Below, one piece after another: positions 13,626 to 21,771 of a DNA stretch of 64,000 nucleotides. Every line of letters begins with the position of its first letter. The stretch's first letter is position 1. This DNA is from an uncultured Gemmatimonadota bacterium (GTDB lineage: Bacteria > JAAXHH01), in NCBI GenBank assembly GCA_951812955.1, contig OX638340.1, forward strand, positions 2,528,001 to 2,592,000. The letters are read 5' to 3'. The translations under genes and the position numbers were made by a program. The notes beneath the pieces were generated by a model. That model made no database searches, was not told where the DNA came from, and worked only from the letters and a program-made list of their open reading frames with translations.

Positions 13626-14297
13626 TTACGCGGCCTCCGTCACGATCCGTCCGTCGAAGAGCCTGATGGTCCGGTGGGCGTGGTCGGCCAGCGCCTGGTC
13701 GTGGGTCACCATGATGATGGTCGTGCCCGCCTCGTTGAGGCCGTTGAGCAGTTCCATCACCTCGGCGCCGTTGGCCGAGTCCAGGTTACCCGTCGGCTCG
13801 TCCGCCAGGATCAGCCTGGGGTTGCCGATGACCGCCCGCGCCACGGCCACGCGCTGCTGCTGGCCGCCGGATAGCTGCTGCGGGAAGTGGTTCCGGCGGT
13901 GGGGGATCTGCATGTGCTCCATCGCCGCGTCCACCCGTTCCTTGCGCTCCTGCTTCGACGTGCCCAGGTAGATCAGCGGCAGTTCGATGTTCTCGTACAC
14001 GGTCAGCTCATCGATCAGGTTGAAGCTCTGGAAGACGAAGCCTATGTTGGCCTTGCGCAGGTTGGCGCGCTGCCGCTCGGAGTGGCCGGACACTTCCTGG
14101 TCCAGGAAATGGTACTCCCCGCCCGATGGATTGTCGAGGAGACCGAGGATGTTGAGCAGGGTGGACTTGCCGCAGCCCGAGGGTCCCATGACCGCCACGA
14201 ACTCGCCTTCGTCCACGGCCATGGTCACATCGTTCAGCGCCGTCGTCTCTACCTCTTCGGTCGCGTAGAGTTTCTTGAGATGTTCTGTCCTGATCAT
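13626..14297 (-). CDS. ABC transporter ATP-binding protein (MacB/LolD-like), cassette B
   Basis: ~92% amino-acid identity (about 18 differences counted by eye over 223 aa) to ORF 6148..6822, with the same Walker and signature motifs. Start set at MIRTEHLKKLY (14297) by alignment. The listed ORF extends to 14450. Confidence 0.9.
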   Translation of the reverse strand: MIRTEHLKKLYATEEVETTALNDVTMAVDEGEFVAVMGPSGCGKSTLLNILGLLDNPSGGEYHFLDQEVSGHSERQRANLRKANIGFVFQSFNLIDELTVYENIELPLIYLGTSKQERKERVDAAMEHMQIPHRRNHFPQQLSGGQQQRVAVARAVIGNPRLILADEPTGNLDSANGAEVMELLNGLNEAGTTIIMVTHDQALADHAHRTIRLFDGRIVTEAA

Positions 14298-14446
14298 GGT
14301 GCGCTCCCGTAGTGTGGTAATACTCCGTATCCACGCATGCCATTTCGGAATCGTTCCTAATATCAAAGTAGCAAATGAAGAGGGTTGCAATTCCAGGTCG
14401 GAGAGATTAACTCCATAGATTGTGCGACTACGTTCATGCTGGAGAA

Positions 14447-16864
14447 TCACTCATACCTGAGCGCATCTACCGGGTTCAACGGTGCTTCTTTTGTAACATG
14501 GAAGGCAATCGTAGCGATGATTACTAACAGAATCCCCATGCTTACCAAGATGTAGAGGCTAAGGGGTGGAGAAACTCGATATGCGAAATCTTGTAACCAA
14601 ACGGCAGTAACCAAGTACGCCAACGGCCACGCTACCAGATTGGCGATCGCTGCCATAACTACAAACTGTCTAGACAGCAACTGAGTCAATTTCATAACTG
14701 TAGCACCCAGGGTCTTGCGTATGCCTAATTCCTTCGTTCTCTGTTTTGTGGTCAGGGAGACCAGGTTGAAAAGTCCCAGGAATGTCAAGATAGTAGCTAA
14801 GATGGTACAGACACCTATAAGCGAACCTAGACGTTTCTCCGGTACGTAAAGTCGATCAATATCGTCCTCCAAGAGGGAATAGATAAATGGAATTTCAGGA
14901 AAATAAGACTGCCAGGTAAGATCTAGGTAACTTAACGCAGATTCCATTTTCCCATCCTGAAAGCGCACCATCATGTGTTCGCCATTACCGTTCGTGAAAA
15001 CCATCGGTTCAACAGGCTGATAAGACGACCGGAAGTGGGCATCCGCAACGACACCTACAACCCTGCCTCGTTGGGTGATCTGAGGGTATACGATATCTAT
15101 CGTCTGGTCTACTGCTGACACTGGAGAAGTCCAACCTAGGTGGCGTACTGCCGTTTCGTTGAGAACAAGCTCGATTACGGGCAAAGGCCCAAAAGTCGAA
15201 TATGTAGCAAGACTCCTGTGCCTCAAAAAGCGTCCGTGTACCAGCTGTAAACCCAGTGTGTTTATGTAATCGTGCTCAACGCCCACAAATCGTACGGATC
15301 TGGAATTCCTCAGACTGTTTCCTGCCCGAGTTCGAACCATCCCATCACCCATTGTACCACGGGCAGGTTCAAGTGCCGGCACATAAGTTGAGAATGAAAC
15401 GCTGAGTACATCTGGCGATCTCAACATATCGTTTTTGAATCCGCTAGGTGGAACTAGTATTCCGCCTGGGAAGAAGCCTGTTATCAGGGGTACATTGACT
15501 ACATTTGATTCGTCAAAACCCTGGGGTTTGGTCAACATGTATTGAATCTGGATGTAGACCACGCAGGTGCTGATAATCAGAATAGTGGAGAGAGAAAACT
15601 GGATGATGATGAGCATCCGTTTCACCAGTGGAAAGTCCACTGAATGGCTGATTCTGTTTCCAAGAGAAAAGAGAGGGTGTACTCCTGACATAACCAAAGC
15701 CGGAAATCCTCCTGAAACGACTCCAACGATTATCGCAACGACAACTATCCCAAGCCAGATTCCAAAGTCTTCAGTAACGCCAAAAGAAAGCGTTTTACCT
15801 GTCAGCCAATTAAATGATGGCAGTGCAAGATAGGTCAAAATGAGAGCTAAAAACAAAACCAACATCACCATGGTTAAGGATGCAATCATATGCTGCCTGA
15901 TAATCTGAATTCGATCAGCACCGAAAATCTTAATCAAACCCACTTCCTTCATCTGATCAGCCGAATGAACCATAGACAGATTGACAAAATTGATTGAAGC
16001 GATGAGCAACAAGAAGATCGCACCTGAAATGAGCGCAAAGATGTAACTCACACTGCTATTCACCTCGAGTTCATTCAAAAGGCGGGAACGAAGGTGAATC
16101 TCCGTTAGTGGTTGAAGTATGAAACTATACTCCCGGATCCACGCGCTGTTGCTAGGTTTTACCGTTGATTCAAAATACCGCTGAAACTTGTCTTCGAGAA
16201 TTGAAGCCTGGTTACCTTCGTTCAACCGGACGTAGGTGTAATAGTCGGGACGCGACCAGTTGTCAATGTAGGATAGTTCATTGCCGAAACTCAGGAAGAA
16301 CCCAGCCTCGAAATGGGAGTTGACCGGGAAATCCTCCATTATCGCGGTAACGGTAAAATCCCATGTGTTGTCGGCTTGCAACACCTTACCGATGGGATCT
16401 TCCTCGCCAAAGTACTTTCTGGCGACTGACTCTGATATAACGACCTTGCCTATGCCATCCAACGCGTTGGTTTTGTTCCCCTTTACAAGTGGTATGGTAA
16501 AGACATCAAACAAGGAGGCTTCGGTCCAGTATACCTTATCTTCGTAAAAAGCACGATCACCGTACTGCATTAGCCAGATGGCCCTGGCCGCCCTTAAACG
16601 AACAGTACTTACAACTTCAGGAAAGTTCAGCTCAAGGGAACCTGAGGCGGCACCTGGAGTTCGGGCATTGGTGCCGTCAATCAATCGGAAGATCTCGTTG
16701 GCGTGTTCGTGGTGAGAATCGTATTTCAGTTCTTCCTGGATATACATCAGGGTTAAAATACACATAGCCATCCCGACAGTTATTCCGCTGATGTTTAATA
16801 TGGTATTGGATTTCTGCTTTAATAGTGCACGGGTGGAGATTTTCAGGTGGTGGGGTAGTTCCAT
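14447..16864 (-). CDS. MacB/FtsX-type ABC transporter permease, cassette B (low-GC)
   Basis: 805 aa, paralog of 8583..11027, with the same double FtsX architecture and C-terminal NPVDALRYE. Confidence 0.85.
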   Translation of the reverse strand: MELPHHLKISTRALLKQKSNTILNISGITVGMAMCILTLMYIQEELKYDSHHEHANEIFRLIDGTNARTPGAASGSLELNFPEVVSTVRLRAARAIWLMQYGDRAFYEDKVYWTEASLFDVFTIPLVKGNKTNALDGIGKVVISESVARKYFGEEDPIGKVLQADNTWDFTVTAIMEDFPVNSHFEAGFFLSFGNELSYIDNWSRPDYYTYVRLNEGNQASILEDKFQRYFESTVKPSNSAWIREYSFILQPLTEIHLRSRLLNELEVNSSVSYIFALISGAIFLLLIASINFVNLSMVHSADQMKEVGLIKIFGADRIQIIRQHMIASLTMVMLVLFLALILTYLALPSFNWLTGKTLSFGVTEDFGIWLGIVVVAIIVGVVSGGFPALVMSGVHPLFSLGNRISHSVDFPLVKRMLIIIQFSLSTILIISTCVVYIQIQYMLTKPQGFDESNVVNVPLITGFFPGGILVPPSGFKNDMLRSPDVLSVSFSTYVPALEPARGTMGDGMVRTRAGNSLRNSRSVRFVGVEHDYINTLGLQLVHGRFLRHRSLATYSTFGPLPVIELVLNETAVRHLGWTSPVSAVDQTIDIVYPQITQRGRVVGVVADAHFRSSYQPVEPMVFTNGNGEHMMVRFQDGKMESALSYLDLTWQSYFPEIPFIYSLLEDDIDRLYVPEKRLGSLIGVCTILATILTFLGLFNLVSLTTKQRTKELGIRKTLGATVMKLTQLLSRQFVVMAAIANLVAWPLAYLVTAVWLQDFAYRVSPPLSLYILVSMGILLVIIATIAFHVTKEAPLNPVDALRYE

Positions 16865-17284
16865 AACTGGCCTACAGATACTTAGTAAATGGTTCTAAGA
16901 GGGTTGTGATTAACGTCGAAGGGGCAGTTGAAAGTCTATAACTGCCTGTACGTTTAAACTCGTCCTCCGGTTTGATCAGCCCCAGACGTTCGCCGAGTGT
17001 TTTGGACTCGTCCACCACTGGCATTCAGCGAGGAGAGCATTTCCGTTGTCGGTGCGTGGAGCGTCGTTTGTTTTTTAACCTTGATGAATTCAATACCCAG
17101 ACGAAGTCGGTCAATCAACTCTTCCAACTGCTTGATTTGAATAGGCTAATAGAGGAAGTCACGGCGAAGGCTTCACTGGCAATATCGCGACTTTGATTCA
17201 GGTAGTTAATGTTGTCGTACGCATCTTAGTCTCCATGTGCGCTGTCAGGTTGGGTCTGTGACGGATTTTGTGTTACTGACTTTA

Positions 17285-17500
17285 TCATGTTAAGGGCACT
17301 TTGTCTTCGTACATGATGATGAACTTGCTGGTGGCGGCCGTCCAGTTGGCGATGGGCCGTGTCTACCTTCGGGCCAGGTAGAGCAGTTTCCTGGCTACCC
17401 CGTCGGTGGGGAAGGCGCCGCCGCGCTATGGTCACCCCCAGTCTGCATGAGCACGTTCACCGCCCGTTACAATTCTGCTTCACATTGCATGGCGGCCAGC
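17285..17500 (-). mobile_element. decayed C-terminal relic of an IS256 (Mutator)-family transposase
   Basis: My own reverse-strand translation gives ...IVTGGERAHADWG*P*RGGAFPTDGVARKLLYLARR*TRPIANWTAATSKFIIMYEDKVPLT**. The block FP(T/S/N)D..A.KLLYLA...NW..A...F.I.F.D is the conserved C-terminal signature of IS256-family transposases. Several in-frame stops are present and no N-terminal part was found. Confidence 0.6.
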
Positions 17501-17707
17501 AATAGACTGGCAAAAGACGGTCAAAGGACAGGCGTAAACTTGTCGCTCTGAGTGCTATCCTTTACATAAACCTCTTCGACTCAGTCGTCTTCCACGGCTT
17601 CTTTATTCAGTCGACGTTTTCATCAAGCCCTTTAGATCCTCGTCGGTCTGTCTTGAAGCTACCGTGTATTTAACACCGCTCCCTTGTCATGAAGTACGAC
17701 CCACTCG

Positions 17708-18709
17708 TTAATTGACAATCTGCAATCTATTCTGGATCCCTCTTGTAAAAATAAACTGTCCATGCTGATCAATCCAGATCCCCTCGACGTATGGCATATC
17801 GTTCAGCAATCTCTGAGAACTTTCGATACCCATAACATAAGTCGCTGTGGCAAGCGCATCCGCTATCATTGCGTCGGGAGCGATAATCGTGGCGCTATGC
17901 ACGTGATCCGTCGAAGTCCCAAGTCGAGGATTGAGTATGTGTGTAATACGGCGACCTTGATTGATTTTGTAGTTTTCATAACCACCCGACGTCGCAACCG
18001 CCTCATCTTCGATTTCGACTGTGGCGCACAATGTATTGGGATGGTATGGAGACCGGATACCAATACGCCAAAGACGTTCAGGTTCTGGCCTTCCCATGGC
18101 AAGAACATCCCCACCTGCAGATATCAACCCGCATCTAATGTGGCGGTTTCGTAATACGTGAGCCATTCGATCCAATCCGTAACCTTTTGCTATTCCGCCA
18201 AAGTCTACCCCATAACCAGACGAAGCAATTCGTACTTTCTGTTCTTGCACTTGCAACTGATTAAAGTCTACCAGTTCGAGCATTTGCCGTAAGCTTCGAC
18301 TTGACGGATCACAATTATAAAATCCCCAGTGGTACATAATCGGTAGAATTGTCACATCGAAGGCACCATCTGTAATCTCGCCGATTCGTCTTGCTGTAGT
18401 CGCGACCTTGATAAAGTGGGGTGTTACGCCATGCCAAAGCCCATACATGTTGTTTACATGCGTAAGTTCACTGGTATTACGATAGAGGCTTAGCAGGCTG
18501 TCAATTTGAGCTAAAGCATCGAAGGCATCATAAATTGATTCTTTACTGTACTCGCATTCCTTGATTACAAGTTCTACTTTCGTCCCCATATGAATCTGAT
18601 GACGACGAACAAGCCTTTGCTTGTCTGACAATCCTGCGCCAAAATTGTATGGCACAAGTAACATTGCCGATGAAAGGCCGACCGATTTTATGAAATTGCG
18701 TCGCTTCAT
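17708..18709 (-). CDS. apbE: FAD:protein FMN transferase (ApbE family) with a Tat-type signal
   Basis: The N-terminus MKRRNFIKSVGLSS is twin-arginine-like. Also ...DFGGIAKGYGLDRMA...ISAGGDVLAMG...WRIGIRSP...ATSGGYENY...HILNPRLG...PDAMIADALATA, the typical ApbE motif series. Confidence 0.85.
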   Translation of the reverse strand: MKRRNFIKSVGLSSAMLLVPYNFGAGLSDKQRLVRRHQIHMGTKVELVIKECEYSKESIYDAFDALAQIDSLLSLYRNTSELTHVNNMYGLWHGVTPHFIKVATTARRIGEITDGAFDVTILPIMYHWGFYNCDPSSRSLRQMLELVDFNQLQVQEQKVRIASSGYGVDFGGIAKGYGLDRMAHVLRNRHIRCGLISAGGDVLAMGRPEPERLWRIGIRSPYHPNTLCATVEIEDEAVATSGGYENYKINQGRRITHILNPRLGTSTDHVHSATIIAPDAMIADALATATYVMGIESSQRLLNDMPYVEGIWIDQHGQFIFTRGIQNRLQIVN

Positions 18710-18778
18710 AGGGGCTATGCTATGATGGAATCTAGGACCATCTTTGTTTTCAAAAACAAGGCTACGTACAGAAAGCCC

Positions 18779-19378
18779 CTAACCTCGATGGATATGCCTA
18801 AGTCTATTGAGAGCATCAACAATATGAATCGAGCTTTTGGTAGCACCTGTGATTCCGTCGATATTTTCGCCTAATACGTAGAAATGTAGGTTCGGTTTCG
18901 ACTTAAATTGCCTCAGAAACCTCGTTTCATCCTCAACAGATAGTGGTTCACCGGAGAGTTCAAGGGGTTCAAGCACTCTGATATCATGGAGCCGACCCAA
19001 GTCATCGAGTGCGACGAGCATTCGGACGTTATTGCAAACAGGACATTTGAGATCCTCCTGTATTTCGTAGACGTAGCCAACAGTGTCGATTCGTTCGTCA
19101 AACACCACATATCGATCGTAACCTCTGAATTTCTCGTGTTTGCTAGAATAGCTTTCAGAGAAAGCGGATATAGTGAATTCCCTTAAGATACGATCGTCAA
19201 GTGGTGGGAATATGTCGGATGAAGTAATCGAACCACTTCCCGATCCCAAGTTCGACACGTGTGAGTAAATCACATCGTCATCACATGAATGTCCGGATAA
19301 GTAGACTATATTGACCACAGCAATTACTACTCCGGTTATAAGAAACATGGTTCTTTGAATGAGTTTGAAATTTCGCAT
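18779..19378 (-). CDS. membrane-anchored FMN_bind-domain protein with a predicted flavinylation site
   Basis: Start set at MRNFKLIQ (19378) by alignment with the cassette A homolog. One N-terminal TM helix. GYVYEIQEDLKCPVCNNVRMLVALD core. DGITGAT at 18839-18859 matches the Dxx(S/T)GA(T/S) ApbE acceptor motif known from NqrC/RnfG. Confidence 0.7.
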   Translation of the reverse strand: MRNFKLIQRTMFLITGVVIAVVNIVYLSGHSCDDDVIYSHVSNLGSGSGSITSSDIFPPLDDRILREFTISAFSESYSSKHEKFRGYDRYVVFDERIDTVGYVYEIQEDLKCPVCNNVRMLVALDDLGRLHDIRVLEPLELSGEPLSVEDETRFLRQFKSKPNLHFYVLGENIDGITGATKSSIHIVDALNRLRHIHRG

Positions 19379-19515
19379 ACTACAACCGAACTCCATCTTC
19401 GTTTGAGCAGAAGAGGCCGAAGTTTGACTGGTTGTTCCTTGGGAGCCACGACATAGATTTGGGATTTCACTGACTGAACAGAATGTTGAGTTGAGGGGAG
19501 GCCGAGCCAATACAC

Positions 19516-19932
19516 TTATCTAAGGCGGAAGCTCATTGGAAAGTAGAATTGCGCAGATATAGGCTTTCCTTCCTTAGTCGCTGGCTTGAAAATCATCATT
19601 CGTGCTTGCGACAGTGCAAGACTATCTAGTTCTGGATGGGTCGACGATTCTATGATCGAAACAGATTCCACCGTGCCATCTGCCTTAGATCTTAAGAGAA
19701 GTACAACATCGCCTTCATTGCTGTACTTATCCTGTGGCGTGGGTCTAAACAATAGTCGTGGAGACGTATCCCAATCACCCACTTTAGCTATAACTTCAGT
19801 GTCAACTTGGGTTTCTTCCACCGGCACACTATCGTTCTCTACATTTCTGTCGTTACTGCAGGAGATGACTAACGAAAAGAGTACAATCTGGGACAGGCTG
19901 AATCGAAGCATTTGTGGAGCCCTTTCTGTCAT
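19516..19932 (-). CDS. lipoprotein with a TonB_C-like domain, cassette B
   Basis: Lipobox LVISC. The C-terminus GDVVLLLRSKADGTVESVSIIESSTHPELDSLALSQARMMIFKPATKEGKPI fits the TonB C-terminal pattern. Confidence 0.6.
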   Translation of the reverse strand: MTERAPQMLRFSLSQIVLFSLVISCSNDRNVENDSVPVEETQVDTEVIAKVGDWDTSPRLLFRPTPQDKYSNEGDVVLLLRSKADGTVESVSIIESSTHPELDSLALSQARMMIFKPATKEGKPISAQFYFPMSFRLR

Positions 19933-20022
19933 ATGAGGTCGATTTCTGAACGCGAGGTAAATTCTGATTCATGTTCTAACTTTCAATGTGATTCAAAATC
20001 ACCAGTATAAGTTAAAACCTGA

Positions 20023-21735
20023 TCAATCGGGGCTATTGACCCGAGAAGTAAATCGAAAATTGTATTTAAATATCGTATTTTGGGGGACGATGAGTCGTGT
20101 TCCCATAGTGGGCATTAAACGAAACCTGCCTACAGACTCTAAGGCGATACTATCCAGTGCCGGATGTGCTGATGGTGTCTTTGTCCAAATCGAATCTACG
20201 ATACCATTTGAGTCGAAAAGTACGTTCACTGCAATTTCCATTTCGTCAAGATGACCGTACTCAAGAGGGAATGCACGACTCGTAGCCGTACCGAGGTGCA
20301 AGATTAGAGGTTCTTCATACGATGGCACAACATAGTCGTCAATGATCCCGTCGGTCACTAGTCGAATGTATTGGTCATATCCTTCCAAGGATCGCCAGGA
20401 ATCATCTTTTGTGAATCTGGCGATACTCTGTGCAAAAGATGTAAAAGGGAGGTCACCGATACGGCGAGGATGGGACATCATGTTGACGGATTGATTGTTG
20501 GCGTACGATCTGATAAAAAGACTCGATTCATCTATCGGCATGGAAGACACGTTATCGAAGTATCGTGTGAAAGTTGACCGGTCCGACCCGTTGGAATCAT
20601 GGGCTTCGGTGGACGGCATGTTAGTGAAGTATTGAGAGATATCAAATCGGTCTGACCCGCTGGATGCCTGCACTTCGCGATAGGTAGTTGTAGTCAGATA
20701 GTACTCCACATTTGAAACGTAGAATACGGAAATGGTCGCATCATGAGACCGGACGTAGTCTGATATACCACGCAAGGCTGTTTCACCGGCGAAATCACCT
20801 ACGACTGGAACGATCAAGTTCCTCCCGTGCAACTTCTTGACGACGTCAAATGCACTATCATCAGCAAGGAAGTTGGCTTGCTCCCCACTTATCGTTTCTG
20901 CAAGAATCAACTCCCGCAGACTCGGGAAATTAAAGGTTGCATCCCCCGGTGTTCCCAGATCGTACTGGATGTCTAACTGGCTCCTGAAGAAAGCCTGATA
21001 GACTCGTTCGACAGCTTTCATATCTTCCATCGAGTCTATGCCATACGAATGTAAATGGGACTTGATGACCCGGAGATTTCGCTCGTAGAGTTTTACATCG
21101 GGATCTATTCCGTCGAAATATGCGATCAGCGTTGCAACAGATGATTCACTTCGAGACCAGGGCCGGACCGGTCCTCCCTTAAATATCTCGGCCAGGTAGG
21201 AGAGATTCCGGTTCAATGGTTTGCTGAGCAGCCTAGACAGGAATTCAGCACTGTCGCTGGACTGAGCGAAGAGGGACTTGTAGATCAGGTGCAACAGCAT
21301 GTTATCGCGACGAATGTCAACCACGAAAGCCATGTGCGGCCTGGTCTCGGCGATGTAGGTAAAATTCTGTTCGGGGCCGACACCCACATAAACGCCACCG
21401 GAAACGTGCCGTTCGCGTAGTACGGCAAATGGATGCAGGTAAGAAGATTCGTTTGAGGTGAAATTGGTTGAATGAAAGGAGCCACCCGTCTCCGACAGTT
21501 CTCTAATCAGGTTCGAGAAGGCTGGCGTGGACAGTGAGTCCGGGAGGGCACCTGCTCTTGGATATGGCTTTACAGTCCTCTTGTTAGACCAATCAGAAGG
21601 ATTGTAACACTGGACTGCAAACAACATCACGACAACACCTGCCGTTATCCATGTTGTTGTTTTCCATATAACCATATCCGAGGATTTCCAAGCAGCTAAA
21701 GATTGACCTAAGTATTGTGAAAGTCTCTCAGCCAC
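20023..21735 (-). CDS. N-terminally anchored protein: unrecognised ~400-aa central domain plus a TonB_C-like C-terminus
   Basis: One TM helix (WITAGVVVMLFAV). The central region with GVGPEQNFTYIAETRPHMAFVVDIRRDN...HLIYKSLF could not be assigned to a named family. The C-terminus IAVNVLFDSNGIVDSIWTKTPSAHPALDSIALESVGRFRLMP is TonB_C-like. Confidence 0.5.
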   Translation of the reverse strand: MAERLSQYLGQSLAAWKSSDMVIWKTTTWITAGVVVMLFAVQCYNPSDWSNKRTVKPYPRAGALPDSLSTPAFSNLIRELSETGGSFHSTNFTSNESSYLHPFAVLRERHVSGGVYVGVGPEQNFTYIAETRPHMAFVVDIRRDNMLLHLIYKSLFAQSSDSAEFLSRLLSKPLNRNLSYLAEIFKGGPVRPWSRSESSVATLIAYFDGIDPDVKLYERNLRVIKSHLHSYGIDSMEDMKAVERVYQAFFRSQLDIQYDLGTPGDATFNFPSLRELILAETISGEQANFLADDSAFDVVKKLHGRNLIVPVVGDFAGETALRGISDYVRSHDATISVFYVSNVEYYLTTTTYREVQASSGSDRFDISQYFTNMPSTEAHDSNGSDRSTFTRYFDNVSSMPIDESSLFIRSYANNQSVNMMSHPRRIGDLPFTSFAQSIARFTKDDSWRSLEGYDQYIRLVTDGIIDDYVVPSYEEPLILHLGTATSRAFPLEYGHLDEMEIAVNVLFDSNGIVDSIWTKTPSAHPALDSIALESVGRFRLMPTMGTRLIVPQNTIFKYNFRFTSRVNSPD

Positions 21736-21771
21736 TTCTTTTGACTAAGAGACTCTCACGCCGGATCAGCC

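Noticed and set aside
16972-17435. ORFs 16972..17196 (+) and 17226..17435 (-) in the cassette B gap
   Set aside because: They have no motifs. The second overlaps the IS256 relic in a different frame. A 50-aa minus-strand ORF ending at ~16884 (…ESKTLGERLGLIKPEDEF…) was also unrecognisable.
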